A stretch of DNA of 57,296 bases, the filler included, from Sluysia triapertura (Eukaryota): assembly GCA_046118255.1 (NCBI GenBank). It is 4 parts of 4 records of this genome, joined end to end, with 100 filler letters (N's around TTAATTAATTAA, not from the genome) between each part and the next. Parts side by side here need not be neighbours in the genome. Positions count along the whole stretch, not along the records: positions 15,365 to 27,959 come from JBJNIA010096107.1; positions 28,060 to 44,108 come from JBJNIA010212032.1; 2 more parts are not named here. One strand, 5' to 3'. This document shows positions 24,238-34,999 of this stretch, piece after piece. Position 1 is the first letter of the stretch, and each line of letters begins with the position of its first letter. The notes below the pieces were generated by a model. It was not told where the DNA came from and did no database searches. It saw only the letters and a list, made by a program, of their open reading frames with translations. Both the position numbers and the translations under genes were made by a program.

Positions 24238-26380
24238 CTCATCTAAATCTACATCCGAACAATCACTATCATCAGGTTCTTCGTCATCTTTCTTTAACCG
24301 AAAGCGTCCATTTTTTTTATTATCCAAAATCATTTCATCATCTATCTGAGCTATTGCACGAGGACTAATTTCTTTTAGATTCATTATAATACCATCGACC
24401 ATTCGATTTACCCAAATACTAATACCTGTATCACCTTGAAGACTAAATGCCAGGAATCCATCACGATTTGGTGAAAACGATAGGCTGGTTACTGATCGAG
24501 AAAATTCAAATGCATCTATCAATCTGAAAGATTGAAAATTTATTGGTTTTAAATTTAAAAGGATACAAAATTAAAACGAACTTTTCATTGGAACAATCAT
24601 AAACTCGAATTAATCCATTAAATGCAGCAACCAATAAATAGTTATAGTCAATTGCCATTAATTTTGAGGGTTTATAACATTTACTTAATGTATCTACAGG
24701 TCCTACCAAACTTCCCTTTCTTTCAATACCAGTGGAATTTGAAGACAACAAACAAATACTTTTATCAGAAGTTGATACAACAAAGCCGTTTCTGCTTGGA
24801 TGTACAGCTAATGCGATAGGTTCATAAACACCTAACAAAAAATTGCAATCAAAAACAAAATTATTCTGTGATAAATGTGTAGATCTAATTGCCCATCGCT
24901 TAATATCAAAATCACTACTCGAAGCCGAAATAAAATAATTTGTTTTTGGCATTACTAAAATCTTTATAACAGGTCCTGAATGTGCATTTAAATCTAATCC
25001 ACGTTTTTGTCCACTTTGTAAATTAAACATTGCAATAGCACCGCATTCATAACCAGATATAATAAAGTTACCACAATTAGATATTCCAATAGAAAGAACC
25101 GCAGAAGATGCTAATTTGGCGGGGAAATCTGGCAATAGTGGTTCATGAGGAGGACTATCATGAGCCGTCCAATTACTAATTACGTGTAAATTTTCATGAC
25201 ATGCTGCTATACAAGGCCAGTGACCCGCATGATTACTATTACATGCTATTTCTTTAACAGGTTTATTGGTCGTAGCTCCCAACAATCTACAATCTGGTCG
25301 TCCACTTACTTTGTGTTCGCGCACGCGTCCATCAACACCACCAGTTAAAATTCTCCACGAATCATCCAAAAGACTAGGCCACCATACATTATTTGTAATT
25401 TCACCAAAATGCCCACGTCGAGACTTTAATTCTTTCGGCTCACCCAAAACACCTTTAAATTCCCACAAACGTAAACAATTATCTTGACCGCCTGTTAATA
25501 GAAAAGTTTTTTTATTGATTCCTTCAACTACAACTTTTAATCCACTTACTTTATCAGTATGAGCACACCTATGCTGCCATGTCTGATGCCAATCTCGTTC
25601 AGTTGGACTAAAATGATGCATTTTCCAACCACTTAAATGACCAAATTTTGTAGATAACAATAATATATACTCTTTGTTTTCTTCATAAATATATATTTCA
25701 GATAGTGATCCTTGATCTTGAATTAGCTTAGAATTTTCACCACTTTGAAGATTATAAAATACAACTGTACCATCTTCACATCCAATAGAAATCGTAATAT
25801 AATTCGCACATTGAAAAATACACGAAAAATGTTTATTAGTTATTTCAACGGTTTTCAACACTACGCAATTAATTAAATCAAATATTTGGATTTTTCCATG
25901 TTTATATAAAATTAATAACGTTTTACTTTTTGTTCCCTTCATTTCAATTATATCAACTATATCATCAATTCCACTGTATTTAAATGTTGGTTTATCAGCT
26001 CTTGAAAGGACATCCCATATAACAAGAAGATTATCTTTATCAACACCGCACAAAATATTATCTATAATTTTAACTTTTTTCCAACCAGAGCTAAATTCAT
26101 TTTTGAAAACCTTTTTAATAGCCCTTCCGTGAATAAATTCATAAATGCCATCTTTTGAAGAACAAAATATATTGTTTTTGTGGCCAGAAATATCAGTTAT
26201 ATCAAACTTTAATGGATTACTGGTCCCAATTAATGCTAAATCAAACAATCTAAAAACGTTAAATGAACGTCCAACTGGTGAGAAAATATAATTTTCATTA
26301 GCTTTATTTTTATAAATATAAAATGGACAACTAGACGCATAATTGCCTACAACTTTATAGGGTTTGAAAACTATAGACAT
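24238..26380 (-). CDS. WDR36: WD repeat protein 36 / UTP21 (SSU processome); 3' exons below 24238 unresolved
   Basis: MSIVFKPYKVVG start; TGGQDNCLRLW..KSRRGH; ISNCGNFIISGYECGAIAMFNLQSG is characteristic of UTP21. A 58-nt GT-AG intron 24524-24581 joins in frame to LIDAFEF..SFSPN..GISIWVN; next donor at 24237. Confidence 0.9.
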
Positions 26381-26813
26381 TTTAGATAAATATAAATTTT
26401 TAAACAAAACATAAAAATATACTACATTTCACAAATTTGTTTATATATTAATTTATATAAATTATATATTATAAATTAATTTATAAAATTATGTGCATCA
26501 ATATCTGTAACCTATAACAAGGTTGAATTTATAAAAATATTATTTAAACGCAGAGTAAAATAATTAAGTTTTTTAAAAAAACAATATTTCGTTTGAAGAA
26601 TTTATCATATATTGTGCCTAATTTTAATTTACATATTTATAACTGTTAACAATACAATAATTTGTCTATTTTTTATTAAAGTATTAATATATTTATTTAA
26701 GTACTTATGAATATTTTTTCATATTTGACTCTGATATGTTTTTAATTAGAAGTACTAAATATTTTAAAGGTCTTGTATGTAATACTCGATTATACTGCAA
26801 TGAAGTTAAAGTA

Positions 26814-27087
26814 ATGCGTGAAAATTATAAAACGTAAAAATCAAAACTGTACAATATCCTATCTGAAGGAATAAACCGTAATTCAATATTTTGTAAAAAC
26901 AAGGTAAATTTGGGCCAAATTAATTGTTACGGATTTGATTACGATTATTCTCTTGTACAATATACGGAGGGATTAAATTATAATATATTTAATGAAGCTA
27001 AGAGAATTCTGGTGAACAGTTTAAAAGTACGAAAGTTATGATATTAGTAAATTATTTGGTTAGTATCACGAAGATGTCTTAAAATGA
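26814..27087 (+). pseudogene. NT5DC2/NT5DC3-like 5'-nucleotidase N-terminal fragment
   Basis: SIFCKNKVNLGQINCYGFDYDYSLVQY..IFNEAKRILV contains HAD motif I (GFDYDY); 37-nt GT-AG intron 27027-27063; in-frame TAA at 26835 and TGA at 27085. Not in the ORF track. Confidence 0.85.
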
Positions 27088-27345
27088 CTTCGATATTCAC
27101 TAAGATTTACGAAATGTAGATATCTATTTTAACGAATATTAAATTGATCAGATTTCTAGTTTTTGATAACTAAAATAGTACATAATGATAAGTTGGTAGT
27201 CATTTTATTTAAAATTATTTAAATTAAGTTTAAACTTTAAAATATTGATAAATTTATGCAAATATCATTTTCTATTTATCAAAATATTGTGAGGATGTGT
27301 TAATGTAATTCAAGTTAATTTAATTTAAATTATTCCTTATCTTAT

Positions 27346-27388
27346 TGTGAGTCCTCTATACTTATAAAATTAAGGTCCAGCACATAGA
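27346..27388 (-). ncRNA. Candidate structured motif, copy B (one inner stem arm deleted)
   Basis: Close to copy C but lacks the GATACTGG segment. Confidence 0.4.
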
Positions 27389-27898
27389 TTTTTGCAGTTT
27401 TTTGCTAGATATAGTTATTAGAGGTTCTTCTTTTATCACTTTTATTAACGTTATCAATTAATTGGATTTTCCTTAAGACGAGGTTGAATATATTTAGTGA
27501 ATAACTAGTGCAAAAATTAGTTTGCCTATTTCGTGTAATAAACAAAAATAAAGTACACGTTTCAAATTCCCTTTGAATGACGAATAAACTACAAATATTA
27601 TATTACAAAAACTAAATTAACAAGTTTCATAGTAATAGAATTATAAAATGAATAACACAAATTATAAATCAATTCAACAAACAAAAGAAACATATTAGAC
27701 GTTATATGTTTATTCGATTCTACTTTAATTTATCTACACAATGCAAATTTTTAATATATTATGTCAGATACAAAAAACTAAATTAATAAATGTCAAAGTA
27801 ATAGAATTATAAAATAATTAACATAAATCATGAATCAATTCAAAATGTGAAGTTAATGTGAGGTTGATTGGTGTTAAAAAAAATTTAATTTAATTTAT

Positions 27899-27958
27899 TG
27901 TGAGTCCTCTATGATACTGGACTTATTCACTTAAGGGCCAGCACATAGATTTTGCAGT
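27899..27958 (-). ncRNA. Candidate structured motif, copy C
   Basis: Minus strand: GCAAAA-TCTATG-T-GCTGG-[CCCTTAAGTGAATAAGT]-CCAGT-AT-CATAGA-GGACTCAC. Confidence 0.55.
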
Positions 27959-27959
27959 T

Positions 27960-28059
27960 NNNNNNNNNNNNNNNNNNNNNNNNNNNNNNNNNNNNNNNNN
28001 NNNTTAATTAATTAANNNNNNNNNNNNNNNNNNNNNNNNNNNNNNNNNNNNNNNNNNNN
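27960..28059. other. Artificial contig spacer
   Basis: N44-TTAATTAATTAA-N44. Confidence 0.97.
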
Positions 28060-30179
28060 GGTCATATTATAATTTATTTATATATTCATATACAATCACT
28101 TGGTAGTTATGTTTTGGTTTTTATTAGATTGTATTAGTTAGTATTCGTTTTTCGTTTCTATTTTATTAAAATCATAAGCTTTTTGATTTCAAAATATTTT
28201 CGACACATTATGATTAGACGTTTTATTGCTAATTATACCCAGTGACCAGGTATTTTTTGTGTCCAATATTTTTAAATTAGTTACGATTTGTTAATGGTTA
28301 AAAATCATTGGTCACGTAAAATATGTATTTTCAACAAAAACTTCCAAAATACATGATTTTTCAATACATTAGTTACTTGTAATTTCTTATGGTACTTATA
28401 ACTGTAGTGAGTGCGTCTTCCACTACAATACTCCACCCTAAATAACGATTCTTCTTTATTGTTATTGGCCACAATAAAGTTACTGAGGTATTATTTTATT
28501 ATAATATTAAGATTTTAAAATATTTTGTTAATTTACTCTTGAATTAATTTAAATTTAAGAGTAAATTTAAATTAAATTTAAGAGTAAATTTAAATTAAAT
28601 TTAAATTAATTTAACTGTATACTTAGATAATGTATTCATGTCAATCCAAATATAATAATTTATAAGTTCATTAATAAATTTGATAAGATAACTCAGTTCA
28701 AATTGGTTTAATAATGAATTCAGTTTGATAAATCCAGATCAAGTCTATATATTCAAAATCCGTTAAATTATAGGTTCACTATAATAAGCTAATTCTAAAT
28801 AATTTCAATACGCTAAACTAATTCAAACTAAATAAAACAGTTCGAAATTGGTTCAGTAATAAATTCAACATTATAAAGCAGTCGAGTTTACACTGGATAT
28901 GTAATAAATATATTTTTACTTTATCGCCAATTAATTTTTTAATTTCTTTCTACAATAACTATTCATAGTTAATTGATTACTGTAAAAGAATCATATAAAA
29001 AAGAAATATAAGACACATTTATAAATTTCAAATATCTTTAGTCAAAATAGTATTATTCGCCGTTAATTATTAGTCTGAGGCGCCCAATTAAAATATTGTC
29101 CTTCATATATTTTAATGAGGTTTTGTTGCATCCAAAGCATTGTTGCACATAACATAGCACTTAGAGTCATTCAATGGAGTTGAAGAAGCATGTCAAGGAC
29201 TTTTCTGTGGAGTGGTACTTTGACCATATCTGCGAATACTATTATTATTAGTAATAATATTATTAGTAATATCATTATTATTGATTTATACCTTTTAAGG
29301 ATCCATCTTGTTTAATATTTCAAGCTTCAAGAGATGCAACAATAATGAATTATGATTACGTGTTACCATTGGAGACAATAGAAATTTCTCAAGTGTGCTA
29401 TCGACGTAAGTTTATATATATATTTTAAATTTAATTTAATTTTGATTTTTAATTTTATTTATTATTGTGCTTTTATTTTTTGTTTATTTTGTTTGCTGAC
29501 GAATTCTTTATATCAGTTGAGAAAACCTCATATATCTCTTAATGACTTATTATAATTTTATCCTGGAGGTTGAGTTAAAATTTTTTTAATTTCTAATTTT
29601 TCTGGATCTTACCTTTTCAATTCCTTAGTAAAATGAATAGGACTTATGTAATGGGTTTCACTTTACTCTTAAAATTGTGATAGAATTTAATTAATTTGAT
29701 TACTTTGTTTACTGATTTTACTTTATTTCTAATTTGAATATTAAATTTGATTAGTATTGTAATTTCATTAAACATTTTCTTAATTTGCAAAGGTTTCACT
29801 GTGGGCTTAAGGTCGTACAAACAATAATTAATACTTTAGTTAACATTGAATAAATTAAAACAATGTAAGGTAACGTTAATCTAATATTAAAAATCTATAT
29901 AAGAAATGAACAGAACATAGTAACAAAATCAATAATATCACAACAATCAGTGCATCAAACCAGTGAATGCTCACCGGATGAATGACCAAAAATATCGATC
30001 CTCTGTGGAGCATGTTGACTTAAGAACTGTTTTTTAACCTGATCTGTAATTTCTACTTGCATTTTCGAACCAAGTATTGTTGTAACGTGAATGCTTTTGA
30101 TTTTATCAAATATCTCTTCTATATTTAGGTACGATCGTAATATCTTCTGGTACTTCACTAGAACATTTAGATGCTATTC

Positions 30180-30500
30180 CTCTCATATGGAAATGAGTAT
30201 TATCAGAGTGAACACCAACATGACATATGAAAAATATATAAAGGCAATTAATTGAAATTCTAAATCTGTTTACGCAGTTTAACATCAGTAATATTTTACA
30301 TGAACTTATTAACAAAATAATAACGCGTATAAAACACAATGCTTGCATTAATGATAAAAATGATATAAAACAAACTAACATAAAATTAACCGTCCACGAA
30401 GCACGACTTGTTTTGATGGAATGATTATAATTATAAGCATCATGCACAATTGTATTAAATCGAAAAAGTGAATTAATTAATTTGAGATACATTTTATAAC
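30180..30500 (-). mobile_element. Decayed piggyBac-like transposase C-terminal remnant
   Basis: DAYNYNHSIKTSRASW.. / IINASIVF / YIFFICHVGVH..FH resemble the last DDD region and the Cys-rich tail of piggyBac transposases. Confidence 0.35.
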
Positions 30501-31007
30501 AATAATTGCACGTTGCTTTTTCATAAAGTCATTCATGTTTTTGTTATCAACTTTTTACATTCAAAACGCAAAAAACATTCTCTACGTCACGTTTTATTTA
30601 ATGTGTCTAAGGTCATTTGTTGAATAATAACCACTTTTGTTTGCATTGATAACAAAAAACCACATTATTTGGATTACTGTCTGGATAATCAGTAAGTAAA
30701 AATCCCAGAAAAAATTTTTTAAATATATATATTTAATTTTTAAATCAATAATATTTAATTTTTATTTATTTTTTCATAGTATTTTATAGTAACACTAGTA
30801 TATTTTAGAAATTACTGAAACTAGTATCCATATAACGTTATAAGTTAACAACATAAATCAAATGTACAATTTACGTCACTGTATCATCAATAAGTAAATA
30901 ATTGCATCATACTATTAAATCATTGGTAAAACATATTCATATAATTCAATATATTGTGAAAATCTTAGGTTTTTGTAAATATTTATACTTTGTTTCAAAT
31001 ATTATAT

Positions 31008-31066
31008 TGCGATCCCTATGTTATTGGGCTTACACAATTAAGGACCAACTCATAGGTATTAGCGTA
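31008..31066 (-). ncRNA. Candidate structured motif, copy D
   Basis: Minus strand: TAA-TA-CCTATG-A-GTTGG-[TCCTTAATTGTGTAAGC]-CCAAT-AA-CATAGG-GATCGC; same length as copy C, with compensatory stem changes. Confidence 0.55.
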
Positions 31067-31809
31067 AGATAAATATTGCAAGCTTGTTGGAAGTTACAAA
31101 GAAACAATATTATAGCAAGATTAGTTTGAGTGGATTTTAAATAGGATCAAATGTATAAGGATCTAGTATGAATATTATAGATTAGTGAATATATTTTTAT
31201 CGAAAATTATTTCTATTTAAATTAGAACTAGGGTAAAAATTTCTTGGTGCTCAATTCTTCTTACAAAACATTCAATTTTCTTTAAAGAATTTATTACCGA
31301 AAACATATAATAACATGTAAATTTTTATATAAAATTTACAAAGAAAGTTGTTATCAACCAAAATTATAGGATAATTATAATTACTCGATATAAATTTATA
31401 TACTGCATATCTATTAATTTTATCATTGTTCGAATAATGTCTATTCGATTTTACAAATAAATTTTAAAATGTAATCTTTTAAAAATTACAAACTTTATTA
31501 TGAAACGATTTTGAGTGAAATTTTAATTAATTTTTATTAAAATAATTATTCCTTAAATGAATATAACTAACGATTTTATATTTTCCGAGAATGACACTTC
31601 CAACAATCAATTAATCAATAATGAATCCCTTTATTTAAAACTTTAAAATATTTTCCTTTGAGTTACATGACTAAAATACATATTTACAATATTAATACAG
31701 GTATAGTAATTTTTAATTATACAATTTAGATAAGAATACCTACGTAGCATGCTAATCTTAATATGGTTTGATTGCCGTATTATTCGTTGATAACTAGAAT
31801 AAATGATTT

Positions 31810-32150
31810 TAGATGACTTAAATTATCATCTACATAGCTTATGGCAGCATTAATACCAATAATAATTTGATTCACTGCAATTTTGAAACATTTCTGATGC
31901 ATAATAAGGTCAAAATTAGAAACTTTTTCATTTCCTACAACCGAATGAATTCAAATTTGGAGATAACCTTTTATTTAAGTTGATTTGATGCAGCAGTTAA
32001 AATTAATATAATTCTTCTTTAAAACTAGTAAAACTTCTTTAGCTAATTAAATCTTCGAAGTTTATGGATTGTGTTTATGCTTCTTTAATTAATTTATTGA
32101 ACTTACGTAAAATTTAAATGTCTAAATATCGTTTTATCTTTTATAGATTT
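31810..32150 (-). mobile_element. Ty3/gypsy reverse transcriptase remnant
   Basis: LRKFNKLIKEA..NFEDLI and FKIAVNQIIIGINAAISYVDDNL (YxDD motif), with stops. Confidence 0.55.
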
Positions 32151-33385
32151 TGTACATACTTATAACGAACTAATAAATCTAAACAAACTTATAAACAAAC
32201 TTATTTGTAGAGTCTTATTCTTAGTAAATTAAACTTTCTAATTATATTCTCACTTTATAATGTTACTCGTATTCAACTGGAAATACAATTTTTTATCAAT
32301 ATAAAAATTTATTACTCGTTCATGTAAAAAAATTCTTTATTCTTTTGTTACTTTAGTAAAAATTAAACCTTCTAGTTAAGTTCTTAAACCTTAAGTTTTA
32401 TTCTAATTAGTTGTATAAAACATCTGGAGGTATTCAGGATGGAAGGGTTTAGTAAAATTACAATTCTCTAAGATTTATTTATCTAATTCGTGTATGTATC
32501 TAAAAGAATTTTACTTTAATCTCTAAGCTCTATTTTCACTCCCTGAAAGAGAAAAGAATGAATCAAGACTCAATATTTATTTAATTTATATAACAAAATT
32601 GTATATGTATATAATATAAATATATTTATATTATTAATTTTAAAGTTTATGTAACAATATTATAAAATTTAGCCAAAAAATAAAAAACTATTACTTTTAT
32701 TTAGAATACAGTGATGGATCATAATAGCTTGTCAAAATAGTTAACTTGTTCTGTTCCGGAGGTTTTATATCAAAGCCGTGATAAATTATTTTTAGTAATC
32801 TTTAGTAGCCTTTTTAATACTTTTCGCTTGCGCTCGTTTATTAAAAAATCGCTTTATATCAATTTTTACAAATAAAAATTAATTCAAATATTGATAAATT
32901 TAAATTAAATTCTAAATTTCACGGAATATAATTATAAATAACATTCATAAAAAATGATCGATAATTTTTTTACTAAAAAATAAATTATAGCATATTGCAA
33001 TTAAATTCTAAATTTCACAGAAAATAATTGAAAAGATCGATAAATTTTTACTGAAAATTATTATTATCATATATATAAAAATTATTATCAACAGAAAAAT
33101 AAATTATAACACCATAAATAATTATTATCATTATTTTTATTCAGATATATAAATTATTATTATCGTTATTATTAATTTCTTGGCTAATTTTCCTTGTTAT
33201 TAATTTTAGTAATTTTAAGTTTTAAAATTTAACTTAATTTTGATCGAGAATAATGTTTATTTTTAGTTACATAATAATTTATTCTATCTAAATTTAATAT
33301 AATTTTAACTTACATATTACAGTATTCTAAATCATGTTTTTAAGGTAATATTGATCGAGTTTTACCTTCTTAAAATTTAATTTCA

Positions 33386-33437
<52 letters not shown>

Positions 33438-34340
33438 TCTTACTTTAAGATAATTTCTTAACTATAATGGTGAGGTTTAATGTTTATGAATTTTAATTTC
33501 ATATTGTCTCTATTATTATAATATTATTATTCGGCAAAGAATTAATTACTATTTTTGAAATTAATTGACAATTTTTGAAATATTACTTCGTTCAACAATC
33601 TCAAATGTCGTGGTAATATTTTAATTTTCGTTGTATAAAATTACTTTTGAATTATTCATATTATTTATCCAACAAAGCAAACCAAACCAAACTTAAGCAT
33701 AATTCGTCCCAGGAAGAAATCGACGTAATATAAAACACTACCGTACTATGATTTGAATATGTAATTTTAATTTAATCAATTTATAGCACGTGTCATTTCA
33801 AAAATCAATAAGGACATTTTTAGCATTTCATGAATAGCTTTTCATTGGTTAAAGTTTTACCCTTAAAGTTCTCAAAAATATGCATTATTTTTATGTATAG
33901 AGTAAGATTTAGATTAGATCTTAGATCTGCTGTAGACTTATGATGACATCAAGTTTATAAATACATAAAATAAATTATGGATTTATGGTGTTACCGTAAG
34001 TTTTAAATAAATATGAGGTTAAAATTGTTAGTCGGAATCACATTTTAGTTTAATTACATAATGATGATAATAAAAATATATTAATTTATATTGCGCTCAT
34101 ACCTACTGTAAAATAAATCATTCACCATAATATTTCTGAAACAGAAAGAACTTTGCTTTTTCTTAAATATTTTATAATCTTCCAGTAATTTAACATTCTC
34201 TGATAGCTGGTTGCATATTTTTGAAATGTAAACGATATATAACCTATCATTAGCTTATTATCTCTCTGGATCCTGCCTAGATTATTATGCATCAATGAAA
34301 TATTCATCTTGGTTACCAAAAGTATTATTAATTCTAAGAG

Positions 34341-34389
<49 letters not shown>

Positions 34390-34999
34390 TAACAATAATA
34401 ACAATAATAACAATAATAATAATCTTACTTTCAAATGATTATACAATTTTAATCTAAATTAATTGTTATTTGTTACTAAATTTTATAGATTAAAATGTTT
34501 TTAAAATTTTATGCTACATTAAGATAATAATGAAAATGAAAATGGTAACCACTGATATTATATTACTTAATTAAATTCCACAATTTTATACGAATATCAT
34601 GATCTTTGTTAGTCTGAGAAAACATTTGTACAAGATTCCATAATTTTAAAAATAGAATTAATTACACAAACACTGAATAACTTTAAAAATAATTTCTTGA
34701 ACTCATTTATTTATCGTGAAGCCATTAAACTTTACTGTAGATTTAAATATCGTCATGTACGCTTATCATCGATATGTAAGAATATCATCGTTATTAGATA
34801 AGACATTTAAAATTTGTATTATCTAAAACATCTACAAATTTCAAATTGGATTCAACAATTATTATATTCAAAAGAAATGGATAACATCATATTTGAATGA
34901 GTATTCAAATAGCTGATGAAAAATAAATACTTTAAAATGATATTTCAAAGTTAAATCTATTTTTTGGCTAAACCTACAGCTTGTTAAACTGAACGGTTT

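Noticed and set aside
24622-25487. Plus-strand ORFs inside WDR36
   Set aside because: Antisense shadows of a conserved gene.
27899-27930. Hammerhead ribozyme (UGA-GUCC...GGAC) or SECIS reading of the motif
   Set aside because: No CUGANGA or GAAA core, and no SECIS AUGA/AA/GA spacing or associated selenoprotein ORF.
29300-29405. Orphan exon DPSCLIFQASRDATIMNYDYVLPL with AG/GT boundaries
   Set aside because: Plausible, but no recognisable family or partner exons.
28546-33070. Short local duplications (28551-28600, 28690-28880, 32890-33060; also 53830-53990) as a CRISPR-like array
   Set aside because: Two-unit degenerate AT-rich duplications with no constant repeat/unique spacer pattern; eukaryotic context and no cas genes.
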